The translations under genes were made by a program, and so were the position numbers. Positions 28,649 through 38,492 of a stretch of DNA of 64,000 nt are shown one piece after another. The stretch's first letter is position 1. Each line of letters opens with the position of its first letter. Under the pieces are notes generated by a model. That model saw nothing but the letters and a program-made list of their open reading frames with translations, ran no database searches and had not been told where the DNA came from. The stretch comes from Candidatus Calidihabitans tengchongensis (GTDB lineage Bacteria; Sysuimicrobiota; Sysuimicrobiia; Sysuimicrobiales; Kaftiobacteriaceae): NCBI GenBank assembly GCA_031459615.1, contig JAVKIE010000002.1:105445-169444 (forward strand), read 5' to 3'.

Positions 28649-28677
28649 TTGACCGGCGGGGCGGCCTGTGCTAGGGT
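28649..28677 (+). promoter_or_regulatory. Candidate sigma-70-type promoter TTGACC-17-TAGGGT upstream of amt
   Basis: Good -35 and -10 hexamers at 17 bp spacing, about 100 nt upstream of the amt ATG. Confidence 0.35.
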
Positions 28678-28716
28678 AACGTCCAAAGAAAAAGCATAGG
28701 CGGTATGTGGGGCCAC

Positions 28717-28753
28717 GGCGCCCTCCTGGCGGAGGGCGCCGTCTGTGTTTGTG
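28717..28753 (+). promoter_or_regulatory. Leader hairpin and candidate attenuator in the amt 5' UTR
   Basis: Perfect 10 bp GC stem GGCGCCCTCC-TGGC-GGAGGGCGCC followed by GTCTGTGTTTGTG, about 25 nt upstream of the amt Shine-Dalgarno and ATG. Confidence 0.35.
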
Positions 28754-28778
28754 GGTCCGTGGGCGGAGGAGGCGGCCG

Positions 28779-30188
28779 ATGCGGCGGCTGGTGGCGGTGG
28801 CAGTGTGGGTGATGGTGGCGGCGGGTTCCGCGTGGGCCGGCGACCCGACAGGTCGGGCCACCCTGGCGTCCGACCCGGCGGCCGCGGTCAACTTCGCCTG
28901 GACGCTGGTGGCCGCCTTCCTGGTGTTCTTCATGCAGGCCGGGTTCGCGCTGCTGGGTGCGGGGCTGATCCGGTCCAAGAACACCGTCAACTACCTGACC
29001 AAGAGCTTCATGGACTTCTGCATGGCGTCCCTGGCCTTCTGGGCGTTCGGCTTTGCCTTCATGTTCGGCGGGAGCGCGATCGCCCCGGGCCTGGAGGCCG
29101 GCAACGCCCTGATCGGGTACTCGGGGTTCTTCCTCACCGGCCAGAGCTATGATGTGACCACCATCCTGTACTGGTTCTTCCAGATCGTCTTCGCCGCTAC
29201 CGCGGCCACCATCGTGGCCGGCGCCGTGGCCGAGCGCACCAAGATCACCGCCTACCTGGCGTACAGTTTCCTGGTCTCCGCCCTCATCTACCCCGTCTAC
29301 GGCCACTGGGTATGGGGCGGCGGCTGGCTGGGCCGGCTGTCCGAGTACCTGCCGTTTCTGGGCGAGGGGGTGGGGGCGCGGGACTTCGCCGGCTCGGGGG
29401 TGGTGCACGCGGTAGGCGGGCTGGTGGCGCTGGCCGGGGCGGCCATGGTCGGGCCGCGCATCGGCAAGTACAACCCCGATGGCACCCCCAACGTGATCCC
29501 GGGCCACAACATGGCCTATGTGGTGACCGGGACGTTCATCCTGTTCTTCGGGTGGTTCGGGTTCAACCCCGGATCCACCCTGGCGGCCACCGACCTGCGG
29601 ATCTCGGTGATTGCGGTCAACACCTTCCTGGCCGGAACCACGGGGGCCGTGGTGGCGCTGTACCTCTCCCTCCTGCGCACGGGCAAGGCGGACGTCACCC
29701 TGGCCTGCAACGGGTCGCTGGCCGGGCTGGTGGCCATCACCGCGCCGTGCGCCTACGTGGCCCCCTGGGCGGCGGTGATCATCGGGGCGGTGGGGGCGCT
29801 GGTGATGCTGTGGAGCCTGGGGTTTGTCGAGCGCACGCTGCGGGTGGACGACGCGGTGGGTGCGGTGTCGGTGCACGCGGCGGGCGGGCTATGGGGCCTG
29901 CTGGCCGTGGGAGTGTTCGCCGACGGCACCTACGGGGGCGTGCGGGGGCTGGTGGCCGGGTCGTGGGCGCAGCTCCTGGCTCAGGCCGTCAGCGTGGTGA
30001 CGGTGACGGCGTGGTCCCTGGCCACCGGGTTCGCCCTGTTCGGGCTGCTGCGGGCCACCATGGGCCTGCGGGCATCCCGGGAGGAGGAGCTGGGAGGGCT
30101 GGACGTGCCCGAACACGGCGTGGAGTGCTACCCCGAGGTTCTGGTCCCCATCCTGGGAGCCGCCGGGGAGTCGGGAGGACAGCCATGA
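28779..30188 (+). CDS. amt: Ammonium transporter
   Basis: Signal sequence plus 11-TM Amt/MEP fold (DFAGSGVVHAVGG, FGFNPGS). ATG 28779 with GGAGGAGG Shine-Dalgarno. Confidence 0.9.
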   Translation: MRRLVAVAVWVMVAAGSAWAGDPTGRATLASDPAAAVNFAWTLVAAFLVFFMQAGFALLGAGLIRSKNTVNYLTKSFMDFCMASLAFWAFGFAFMFGGSAIAPGLEAGNALIGYSGFFLTGQSYDVTTILYWFFQIVFAATAATIVAGAVAERTKITAYLAYSFLVSALIYPVYGHWVWGGGWLGRLSEYLPFLGEGVGARDFAGSGVVHAVGGLVALAGAAMVGPRIGKYNPDGTPNVIPGHNMAYVVTGTFILFFGWFGFNPGSTLAATDLRISVIAVNTFLAGTTGAVVALYLSLLRTGKADVTLACNGSLAGLVAITAPCAYVAPWAAVIIGAVGALVMLWSLGFVERTLRVDDAVGAVSVHAAGGLWGLLAVGVFADGTYGGVRGLVAGSWAQLLAQAVSVVTVTAWSLATGFALFGLLRATMGLRASREEELGGLDVPEHGVECYPEVLVPILGAAGESGGQP

Positions 30189-31282
30189 CGCAGGTGCTGC
30201 TGGGGCTGGCGGCGTTCGGCGTGCTGCTGGCGCTGTGGGTGATCATCCCCCACCGGGTCGTCCATCGGCGGCGGGCCGGGAAGGGGGCGGCGTCGGGCGC
30301 AGCAGCTGCGGGCGCGACCCGCGCGATTGCAACTGCGCCCATGCGCCGGCGCCGCCGACCCGAGATCCCCCGGGTGGTGGACATGCGCCTGCAGAGATGT
30401 GCCCGGACCGGGGCGGCCGGTCCGGCGTACGAGCTCGTGGTGGACTTGGCCGGAGTAGGCGCTCCCACCACCGGCCGGATTCCGGTCTACCGGGACCTGG
30501 TGCGGTCCGAGCGCGTCCTGCTGAAGGAGCGCTACCGGACCGAGATCGCGGGCCTTCCCCTGGTGGCCGGCAACCTGGCAGCCCTGGAGCGGGCGGCGCG
30601 CGAGGTCCTGGTCTGGGTGCTGGAGGGCTACCGGCTGCCCCGCTTTGTGTTTCGGGTGCGCGGCGGGCCGGCGGTGCCGGTGACGGCCCGGGACGGGCGG
30701 CTGTGCGGCCGCGTCCCCGGCGGCCCGCTGCTGGAGGCGGCCACCCTGGCGACCCTGCGCGAGCGGCTGGCGGGCTACCTGGGGCGGGCCGACCTGGAGG
30801 TCCGCGCGCTCTCCTGGCGGGACCTCCGCTACCATCCGGCGTGCGCCGTGGTGGAGGGCGAGGGGCTGTGGGCGCCCCTGTTCTGGGAGGACGGCCATCT
30901 CGCCACCCCGGACCTGCCGGTGCGCGTGCCGGGGCTGGCGGCCGCCCTGCGGGCGCTGCGGGAGGTGCACCAGGGAGCCGGGCCGCTGGTCCTCACCTGC
31001 CCGGACCCCCGGGCGCGGGCCGAGCTGGCGGCGGCTGCCCGGCGATGCGGGTACGTCCTCTCGGTGCCCGACGGCCGGGCGCGGACGACCGTGGAGGTCT
31101 GGCAGGTGGACGGGGTTGTGGGGTGCGCGCCTCCCGACACGGCGTCCTCCGGGACCCGGATGCTGATGGCCGCGGACGTCTGGACGCTGGCGGACCTGGT
31201 GGGGCGGGAGCTGGAGCGCGCCGGCCGGGCGCGGGCGGAAGAGATCCGCGTGCACCGCGCCGGCGAGGCCGCGGGAGCGTAG
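30185..31282 (+). CDS. Hypothetical protein, N-terminal TM helix, translationally coupled to amt
   Basis: ATGA overlap with the amt stop; 365 aa Arg/Ala-rich protein with no recognisable motifs. It occupies the position usually held by glnK. Confidence 0.5.
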   Translation: MTQVLLGLAAFGVLLALWVIIPHRVVHRRRAGKGAASGAAAAGATRAIATAPMRRRRRPEIPRVVDMRLQRCARTGAAGPAYELVVDLAGVGAPTTGRIPVYRDLVRSERVLLKERYRTEIAGLPLVAGNLAALERAAREVLVWVLEGYRLPRFVFRVRGGPAVPVTARDGRLCGRVPGGPLLEAATLATLRERLAGYLGRADLEVRALSWRDLRYHPACAVVEGEGLWAPLFWEDGHLATPDLPVRVPGLAAALRALREVHQGAGPLVLTCPDPRARAELAAAARRCGYVLSVPDGRARTTVEVWQVDGVVGCAPPDTASSGTRMLMAADVWTLADLVGRELERAGRARAEEIRVHRAGEAAGA

Positions 31283-31307
31283 GATCCCGGGTGAGGAGGG
31301 AGCAGGG

Positions 31308-32693
31308 ATGATCGTTCTGTGGAGTGTCCTGGCGCTGGCGGTGGCGGGCGGGGTGGCCCTGTGGGCCGCGCGGTACACCAAGGTCGGTCCCAACGAGGTG
31401 CTGATCATCTCCGGCCGTCGGCGGCGGGTGCGGGGCCCCGACGGCTCCGTGCGGACCGTGGGGTACCGCCTGGTCCTGGGCGGCGGCACCTTCGTGTGGC
31501 CCGTCCGGGAGAAGGTGCAGCGGCTGTCCCTGGAGCTGATGACCCTGGAGGTGCGCGCCGCGGAGGTGTACACCGCCCACGCCATCCCCGTCACCGTGGA
31601 CGGGGTGGCGCAGGTGCGGGTCCGCAGCGACGAGGCCGGCATCGCCACCGCCGCGCAGCAGTTCCTCTCCCGGTCCCGGGAGGATGTGATGCGGACGGTC
31701 CAGCAGACCCTGGAGGGCCACCTGCGGGCCGCCATCGGCACCATGACCGTGGAGGAGATCTACCGCGGCCGGGACGCGCTGGCGCGCACGGCCCGGGAGG
31801 CGGCCGCCGAGGACCTGGCCAAGATGGGGCTGGAGATCGTCTCCCTCACCATCCGCACCATCACCGACAGCCAGGGATACCTGGAGGCCCTGGCCCGGCC
31901 CCGGATCGCCCAGGTCAAGCGGGACGCGGTCAAGGCGGAGGCCGAGGCCGAACGGGAGGCCCAGCAGACCCGCCTGGCGGCCGAGGCGGAGGTGGAGCAG
32001 GCGCGCCGGGACCTGGCGGTGCGCAAGGCGGCCTACGAGGCCGAGGTGGCCGCCCAGCGGGCGCAGGCGGACCTGGCCTACGAACTGCACCGCCACCGCG
32101 TCAGCCAGCAGGTGAAGGCCGAGCAGATGCAGGTGAGCATCGTGGAGAAGGACAAGGCCATCGAGCTGGAGGCCCGGGAGATCCTGCGCCGGGAGAAGGA
32201 GCTGGTGGCCCAGGTCCTCAAGCCGGCCCAGGCCGAGCGGGAGCGCATCCAGATGCTGGCGGAAGCCGAGCGGCACCGCTTGGCCGCGGAGGCCGCCGGG
32301 CGCGCGGAGGGCATCCGGGCCACCGGGGCCGCCGAGGCCGAGGCGCTGCGGTTGAAGGGGATCGCCGAGGCCGAGGCGATGGAGCAGAAAGCCCGGTCCT
32401 GGTCCCAGTACACCGAGGCGGCCCTGACCGACCTGGTGATCCGCATCCTGCCCGATCTGGCGCGGGCCGTGGCCGAGCCGCTGGCCCGGACCGACAAGAT
32501 CATCCTCATCGGCAACGGCGACGGCGCGGGCGCCTCCCGGGTGACCGGTGAGGTCACGCGGGTCCTGGCCCAGCTGCCGGCGGTGGTGGAGGCCCTGACG
32601 GGCATGAAGCTGGACGCGATCCTGCGGCGGCTGCCCGGCGCGGAGGCCCCGGCGGCGGACCGGCGTCCGGTGCCGGAGGCGGTGGAGCGGTGA
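31308..32693 (+). CDS. Flotillin-like SPFH/band-7 domain protein
   Basis: N-terminal TM, SPFH domain, then a long Ala/Glu-rich coiled-coil typical of FloT/YqiK. Confidence 0.8.
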   Translation: MIVLWSVLALAVAGGVALWAARYTKVGPNEVLIISGRRRRVRGPDGSVRTVGYRLVLGGGTFVWPVREKVQRLSLELMTLEVRAAEVYTAHAIPVTVDGVAQVRVRSDEAGIATAAQQFLSRSREDVMRTVQQTLEGHLRAAIGTMTVEEIYRGRDALARTAREAAAEDLAKMGLEIVSLTIRTITDSQGYLEALARPRIAQVKRDAVKAEAEAEREAQQTRLAAEAEVEQARRDLAVRKAAYEAEVAAQRAQADLAYELHRHRVSQQVKAEQMQVSIVEKDKAIELEAREILRREKELVAQVLKPAQAERERIQMLAEAERHRLAAEAAGRAEGIRATGAAEAEALRLKGIAEAEAMEQKARSWSQYTEAALTDLVIRILPDLARAVAEPLARTDKIILIGNGDGAGASRVTGEVTRVLAQLPAVVEALTGMKLDAILRRLPGAEAPAADRRPVPEAVER

Positions 32694-32730
32694 TGATGGC
32701 CGAGCGAGACACGTCTTCTTGGAGGATCCC

Positions 32731-34188
32731 ATGACCGATCAGATACGCACGCACCTGTCGGACCACGCGCTGATTAACCCGTCCCGGGTGATTGACCTGT
32801 GCCGCCGCCAGGGCGTGCGGATGGTGGACTTCCGGTTCACCGACCTGGTGGGAGGGTGGCAACACTTCTCCATTCCCGCCGACGAGCTGGACGAGAGCAT
32901 GTTCGTGGAGGGGGTGGGGTTTGACGGCAGCAGCATCCGGGGGTTTCAGGCCATCGACGAATCCGACATGCTGCTGCTCCCCGATTCCCGGACCGCGCGC
33001 GTGGACCCGCTGCTCCGGGTGCCCACCCTCATGCTCATCTGCGATGTCTACGATCCGGTGACCCGCGAGCGGTACACCCGCGACCCCCGCTACGTGGCCC
33101 AGAAGGCGGAGCACTACCTGGCGAGCACCGGCATCGCCACCGCCAGCTACTGGGGGCCCGAGGCGGAGTTCTTCGTGTTCGACGACGTGCGTTACGACCT
33201 GCAGGCCCACAGTGCCTCCTATCTGGTGGACTCGGCGGAAGGCCCCTGGAACACCGGGCGCGACGAAAGGCCCAACCTGGGCTACAAGCCCCGACACAAG
33301 GAGGGCTACTTCCCGGTCCCGCCGGCGGACAGCCTCCAGGACTTCCGCAGCGAGCTGGTCCTGAAGATGCGCGAGGCCGGGCTGGAGGTGGAGGTCCACC
33401 ACCACGAGGTGGCGTCGGCGGGCCAGTGCGAGATCGACCTGCGCTTTGCCACCCTCACCGAGATGGCCGACCGGCTGATGCTGTACAAGTACCTGGTCAA
33501 GATGTTCGCCCGCGCCCACTTCAAGACCGCCACCTTCATGCCCAAGCCCATCTTCGGGGACAACGGGTCGGGGATGCACTGCCACCAGAGCCTGTGGAGG
33601 GAAGAGGTCAACCTGTTTTTCGACCCCGATGGCTACGCCCAGCTCAGCGAGCTGGCCATGTACTACATCGGCGGCCTGCTGCACCACTCGCCGGCCCTGC
33701 TGGCGTTCTGCGCCCCCACCACTAACTCGTACCGTCGGCTGGTCCCCGGGTACGAGGCGCCGGTGAACCTGGTGTACTCCCAGCGCAACCGCAGCGCCGC
33801 GGTGCGCATCCCCGTGTACTCCGCCAGCCCGCGGGCCAAGCGCATCGAGTACCGGCCCCCGGATCCCTCCGCCAACCCCTACCTGGCGTTTGCGGCCATG
33901 CTCCTGGCGGGCCTGGACGGGATCCGGCGCCGCCTCGACCCGGGCGACCCGATGGACGTGGACCTGTACGAGCTGCCGGCGGAGGAGGCCCGGAAGATCC
34001 GCCAGGTCCCCGGGTCGCTGGAAGGCGCGCTGGCCGCGCTGGAGGAGGACCACGCCTTCCTGCTGGAGGGAGGGGTGTTCACTCCCGACGTGATCGAGAC
34101 CTGGCTGGATCTCAAACGCCGCCGGGAGGTGGACTTCGTGCGCCTGCGGCCGCACCCGGCGGAGTTTCACCTCTACTACGACGTGTGA
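32731..34188 (+). CDS. glnA: Glutamine synthetase type I
   Basis: GSI beta-grasp and catalytic domains (GSGMHCHQS; adenylylation-loop-like DLYELPAEE). ATG 32731 with GGAGGA Shine-Dalgarno; the track start is an upstream TTG. Confidence 0.9.
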   Translation: MTDQIRTHLSDHALINPSRVIDLCRRQGVRMVDFRFTDLVGGWQHFSIPADELDESMFVEGVGFDGSSIRGFQAIDESDMLLLPDSRTARVDPLLRVPTLMLICDVYDPVTRERYTRDPRYVAQKAEHYLASTGIATASYWGPEAEFFVFDDVRYDLQAHSASYLVDSAEGPWNTGRDERPNLGYKPRHKEGYFPVPPADSLQDFRSELVLKMREAGLEVEVHHHEVASAGQCEIDLRFATLTEMADRLMLYKYLVKMFARAHFKTATFMPKPIFGDNGSGMHCHQSLWREEVNLFFDPDGYAQLSELAMYYIGGLLHHSPALLAFCAPTTNSYRRLVPGYEAPVNLVYSQRNRSAAVRIPVYSASPRAKRIEYRPPDPSANPYLAFAAMLLAGLDGIRRRLDPGDPMDVDLYELPAEEARKIRQVPGSLEGALAALEEDHAFLLEGGVFTPDVIETWLDLKRRREVDFVRLRPHPAEFHLYYDV

Positions 34189-34195
34189 GGCGGTC

Positions 34196-34795
34196 GTGAA
34201 CCTGGTGGTGACGGGGTGGGTTCTGGGGCTGGCGTTCTGCGCGGCTCCGGGGGCGGTCACCGCCGAGGCGGTCCGCCGGGGGGCAGCCCGGGGCTGGACG
34301 GCAGCGCTGGCCCTGGGGGTGGGCTCGCTGCTGGGCGACGCCCTGTGGGCGGCGGCCGGCCTGGCGGGCGCGGCCACGCTGACGCGCACCGGCCTGGGGC
34401 GGACGCTGGGCGCGGCGGGCGTCGTCCTGCTGCTGTGGCTGGCTTGGCGGGCGCTGCGCGACGCGCGGAGCCCGACCCCGCGTCCCTCGCGGGTCCGTCC
34501 CGGGGCGGACTTCGCCGCCGGCGCCGCCCTGTCGCTGACCAACCCGCTGGCGATGGGATTCTGGCTGACCGCTGGCGCGGCCGTGGCCGCCCAGGCGCCC
34601 GCCGGCTCACCGGTCTTTGCCCCGGTCTTCGCCGGCGTGATGGCGGCGGCGATCGCCTGGTGCGCGGTCCTCGCGGCCGCCGTCGGCTGGGCGCGGCGGT
34701 GGATGACCGGTCCCGCCCTGCGGGTGCTGTCCGCCGTGTGCGGGCTGCTGCTGCTCGGGGCGGGCGTGCGCCTGGCCCTCGGGCTGCCGGGCTAG
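34196..34795 (+). CDS. LysE/RhtB family amino-acid exporter
   Basis: A 199 aa 6-TM protein with LysE-type N-terminus and internal repeat. Confidence 0.65.
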   Translation: MNLVVTGWVLGLAFCAAPGAVTAEAVRRGAARGWTAALALGVGSLLGDALWAAAGLAGAATLTRTGLGRTLGAAGVVLLLWLAWRALRDARSPTPRPSRVRPGADFAAGAALSLTNPLAMGFWLTAGAAVAAQAPAGSPVFAPVFAGVMAAAIAWCAVLAAAVGWARRWMTGPALRVLSAVCGLLLLGAGVRLALGLPG

Positions 34796-35730
34796 TCCGC
34801 CCGTCCCCGGCCGCCCGGGGCGTGTCCGTACACGATCCGGCAGCCGATCACCGGCGTCTCCGCCAGCGGCGGGGTCCGGCCGGCCAGCAGGGCGTCCAGC
34901 GCCTGCCGGAGGTACGGGTGGCGGACGGCGGCGGGATCTTCGCTGTTGTCGTCCACCCCCCCGTGGTAGCGCAGGATCCCGGCGGAGTCAAACAGGAACA
35001 CCTCGGGGGTCCGCGTCGCCCCATACCGCCGCGCCACCTCCTGGGCGGGGTCGGCCAGGAAGGGGAACGGATACCCGCGCTCCTGCGCCCGGCGGCGCAT
35101 GCTCTCCTCGCCGTCCTCGGGGTGCCGGCGGGGGTCTGTGGGGTTGACCAGCAGCAGCTGGACGCCCCGGCCGGCGTAGTCCCGCTGGATCCGGATCAGC
35201 CGGTCTTCCCACGCCAGGGCATACGGGCAGTGGAGGCACGTGAAGACCACGCCCAGGACCCTGGCGGAGCGGTAGTCGTCGGTCCCGACCCGGTGGCCGG
35301 CGGCGTCCCGCAGGGTGAAGGGGATGAGCGGCGAGCCCACCTCCAGCGCCAGGAGCGTGTGGCCCCCGCCCGCGTCGCCCCCGTCGGCGGGCTCCCCGGA
35401 GGCGGCCCGCGGGGGACGGTCCAGGGCGGAGCGCAGGGCATCTTCCAGCATCGCCACCGTGGGGATCGGTGTCACCCGCCCGTCGGGGGTCAGGAAGACC
35501 CGGCAGGTCAGCCGGTAGGCCTCGCCGGGAGCGGGGAACAGGTCCACGCCGTTGACGCGGATGGTGGGCGAGCCGGCAAAGCGCAGTGCCCGCGCCTGTT
35601 CGTCGGTGTCCACCCGGATGACGCGCACCGACGCGCGCACCCCGAGGGCCTCCACCACCTGCCGCAGACGCTTCAGGGCCGGCTCATGGGAGGGGCAGTC
35701 CTCCCAGTACAGGAACTCGATCTGGAACAT
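34792..35730 (-). CDS. Thioredoxin-fold fusion protein: N-terminal small thioredoxin-like domain (CPSH) plus C-terminal redoxin/TlpA-like domain (CLHCPY)
   Basis: Two redox motifs, WEDCPSHEP and FTCLHCPYALAW. Start taken at ATG with GGAGGCCGGA Shine-Dalgarno (the track ORF begins 7 codons earlier at a GTG). Confidence 0.65.
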   Translation of the reverse strand: MFQIEFLYWEDCPSHEPALKRLRQVVEALGVRASVRVIRVDTDEQARALRFAGSPTIRVNGVDLFPAPGEAYRLTCRVFLTPDGRVTPIPTVAMLEDALRSALDRPPRAASGEPADGGDAGGGHTLLALEVGSPLIPFTLRDAAGHRVGTDDYRSARVLGVVFTCLHCPYALAWEDRLIRIQRDYAGRGVQLLLVNPTDPRRHPEDGEESMRRRAQERGYPFPFLADPAQEVARRYGATRTPEVFLFDSAGILRYHGGVDDNSEDPAAVRHPYLRQALDALLAGRTPPLAETPVIGCRIVYGHAPGGRGRAD

Positions 35731-35841
35731 TCCGGCCTCCGATGATGTCACACCTCACCCGCCGGGTCAACGTGTGCCGCGGGGCGGGGCATTCCCTCCC
35801 CGTTGAGGAGGCCGGCGCCGTGGGCTACAGTGGGGGTGTCG

Positions 35842-36216
35842 ATGCGGCTGTCCCGGCGGCGGTTCCGGCGCCTGGTCCTGCAGGCGCTCCAGTCCCTTCC
35901 CGAGGAGATCCGCGCGCGGCTGGACAACGTGGCGGTGGTGGTGGAGGACTGGCCGTCGGCGGAACAGCTGGCCGCCGCCGGCGTGGGGCCCGAGGACACC
36001 CTGTTCGGCCTGTACGAAGGCGTCCCCCTGATTTCCCGGGGGATCACCGCCGACTCGTTGCTGCCCGACAAGATCACGATCTTCCAGGGCCCGCTGGAGG
36101 AGGCGTGCGCCAGCGAGGAGGAGATGGCGGAGGAGATCCGGCGGACCGTCGTCCACGAGATCGCCCACCACCTCGGCATCGACGACGAGCGCCTGGCCGA
36201 GCTGGGGTATGACTGA
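35842..36216 (+). CDS. Small zincin-like metallopeptidase-family protein (HExxH)
   Basis: HEIAHH motif near the C-terminus in a 124 aa protein. Start at internal ATG matching family N-termini. Confidence 0.55.
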   Translation: MRLSRRRFRRLVLQALQSLPEEIRARLDNVAVVVEDWPSAEQLAAAGVGPEDTLFGLYEGVPLISRGITADSLLPDKITIFQGPLEEACASEEEMAEEIRRTVVHEIAHHLGIDDERLAELGYD

Positions 36217-36282
36217 GCCGCGTCCCCGCCCGCGCTCCGGCGCGCCCGGCTCTGCGGTCCGCCCCGTGAGAGGAGGTTCGCC

Positions 36283-37974
36283 ATGGGCCTGCTGACCGTT
36301 CTGCGGGACGCGCTGGGTGCGGCCGCGCGGGCGGTCCGCAACGGCCTGGTGCGCCTGCTACCCGCTCCCGAGGTCGTGCTCCTCACGGTGTCGGGTTCCC
36401 TGCCCGAGCGCCGCACCCCGCCGCCCGGAGTCCTCCGCCGCTGGCTGGCCCGGGGGTGGGGGGCGGAGCCGGACGTGAGCCTGGAGGAGTGGCGGGAGAG
36501 GCTGCGGATGCTGGCCACCGATTCCCGGGTGCGCGGGGTGGTGGTGAGGATAGGGGCGGTGCGGGCGGGGCTGCCCGCCCTGCGGGTCCTGCGCGATGGC
36601 CTGCGGGACCTGGGCCAGGCCGGCGTCCGCGTGGTGGCCTTCCTGCCCGCGGCAGACCTGGCGGGATACTACCTGGCCAGCGGGGCGCAGGAGGTGATCG
36701 TCCCCGACAGCGCCGAGCTCCTGCTGGCCGGTCTGCGGGTGGAGGCGACATTCCTGCGGGCGGCGCTGGACCGGCTGGGGATCCGCGCCCGGTACCACCA
36801 CATCGCCGAATACAAGACCGCCGCCCACCGGTTCCTGTACCCGAGAATGACCGAACCCCACCGGGAGATGCTGGAGGCGATCCTGGAGACCTGGCAGGGG
36901 GAGATCACCTCCGCCATCGCGTCTTCCCGGGGCATCGCGCCCGCCGAGGTGGCCGCCGCCATCGACCGGGGCCTGCTCACCGCCGCCGACGCGCTGAGCC
37001 TGTGCCTGGTGGACCGGGTGGCCTACGAAGACGAGCTGCCGTCGGTGCTGGGCGCCGCCGGACGCCCGGCGCGGATCGTCCCCTGGCCTCAGGCGGTCCG
37101 CCGGCTGCGCGCGCCCCGGCGGCGGTGGCGGCGCCCGGTGGTGGCGGTGGTGCAGGTCCTGGGAACCATCGTCCCCGGAGAGAGCCGGCAGTTTCCCGTT
37201 CCCCTGCCCCTGGTGGGCAGCCGGCTGGCCGGGTCCGACACCGTGGCGCGGGCGTTGCGGGCGGCGGAGCGGACGCCCGGGGTGCGGGCCGTGATCCTCC
37301 ACGTGGAGTCGGGTGGCGGATCGGCCGTGGCGTCGGACCTGATCTGGCGGGAGGTGGTCCGGGTGCAGCAGCGCGTGCCGGTGGTGGCCTTCCTGGGCGC
37401 GGTGGCCGGATCGGGCGGCTACTACGTGGCGTGCGGGGCGCGGCGGATCGTGTGCAGCCCGCTGACCCTCACCGGCTCCATCGGCGTGATCGCCGGAAAG
37501 ATCTCCCTGCGGGGCCTTCTGGCCCGCACCGGGGTGGAGCGGGAGATTCTGACCCGGGGGGAGTCGGCCACCCTGCCATCCCCCTTCGCTGACTACACCG
37601 ACGCCCAGGACGCCGCCGTCCGCCACTGGGCCGAGGACATCTACCGGCGGTTCATCGCCCGCGTGGCCTCGGGGCGGGGCCTGCGCACCGACCAGGTGGA
37701 GGCGGTGGCGCGCGGGCGGGTGTGGACCGGACAGGACGCCGTCTCCCGCGGGCTGGTGGACGAGCTGGGCGACTTTGAGGCGGCGGTCCAGGCGGCGCGG
37801 GAACTGGCCGGCCTGCCGCGCGACGCCGACGTGGCCGTGGTCACGGTCCGCCCGCCCCGGTACGTCCCCATCCCGGACTCGGCGGCTGCCTGGGGACACG
37901 CCCTGCGGCAGGTGGCCGACCTGCTGGCCGAGCCGGCGCTGCTGGTGATGCCCGGGCCGGAGGTGGTCGCATGA
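36283..37974 (+). CDS. sppA: Signal peptide peptidase SppA (S49 family)
   Basis: Two ClpP/crotonase-like halves; the second has the GSIGVIAGK serine motif. GAGAGGAGG Shine-Dalgarno. Confidence 0.85.
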   Translation: MGLLTVLRDALGAAARAVRNGLVRLLPAPEVVLLTVSGSLPERRTPPPGVLRRWLARGWGAEPDVSLEEWRERLRMLATDSRVRGVVVRIGAVRAGLPALRVLRDGLRDLGQAGVRVVAFLPAADLAGYYLASGAQEVIVPDSAELLLAGLRVEATFLRAALDRLGIRARYHHIAEYKTAAHRFLYPRMTEPHREMLEAILETWQGEITSAIASSRGIAPAEVAAAIDRGLLTAADALSLCLVDRVAYEDELPSVLGAAGRPARIVPWPQAVRRLRAPRRRWRRPVVAVVQVLGTIVPGESRQFPVPLPLVGSRLAGSDTVARALRAAERTPGVRAVILHVESGGGSAVASDLIWREVVRVQQRVPVVAFLGAVAGSGGYYVACGARRIVCSPLTLTGSIGVIAGKISLRGLLARTGVEREILTRGESATLPSPFADYTDAQDAAVRHWAEDIYRRFIARVASGRGLRTDQVEAVARGRVWTGQDAVSRGLVDELGDFEAAVQAARELAGLPRDADVAVVTVRPPRYVPIPDSAAAWGHALRQVADLLAEPALLVMPGPEVVA

Positions 37975-38441
37975 CGCCGTGGGCGCGCGGGCTGATGGCC
38001 GGTGCCGTCCTGGGCCTGGCGGCGGGCGGCCTGTCGGGCTCGGCCCGGGTGGACGCCATCGTGTGGCCGGAGGCGGGCGGTCCGGTGGTGGACCTGCGGG
38101 TGGATGAGCCGTTCGTGGGGCGGCTCACCCGGCCGGCCGTGGGGACTCTGGGAGAGGTGCGCATCCGTCGCCGGTCCTGGGTGGTGGCGTCCGTGTACGA
38201 CGTCTCCCTGCGCACCGCCCCGGCGGCCGCCGACGCCCTGGGCGGCGTCCGCCTGTCTGTCAGCCTGCCGGGTCGCGTCACGGCGCCGGGGGCCCGCGTG
38301 GCGGGCGGGACGGCGACGTGGGAGGGCCTGGAGGGACCCCTGCGGGCGCGGGCGCGGGCCGTCCACGGGGTGCGCCTGGCCGTCGTTGCCGCGGCGGGCG
38401 TGGCGCTGTGGGTGTGGGGCCGCCCGCCCCGGAGGAGTTAG
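37971..38441 (+). CDS. Hypothetical exported protein
   Basis: ATGA overlap with sppA. N-terminal hydrophobic segment, and a C-terminal TM. Confidence 0.4.
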   Translation: MTPWARGLMAGAVLGLAAGGLSGSARVDAIVWPEAGGPVVDLRVDEPFVGRLTRPAVGTLGEVRIRRRSWVVASVYDVSLRTAPAAADALGGVRLSVSLPGRVTAPGARVAGGTATWEGLEGPLRARARAVHGVRLAVVAAAGVALWVWGRPPRRS

Positions 38442-38492
38442 AGGACGCGGGCGGAAAGGACCCTGGGCGCAGGCCCGGGGTGCGGAGGGACG

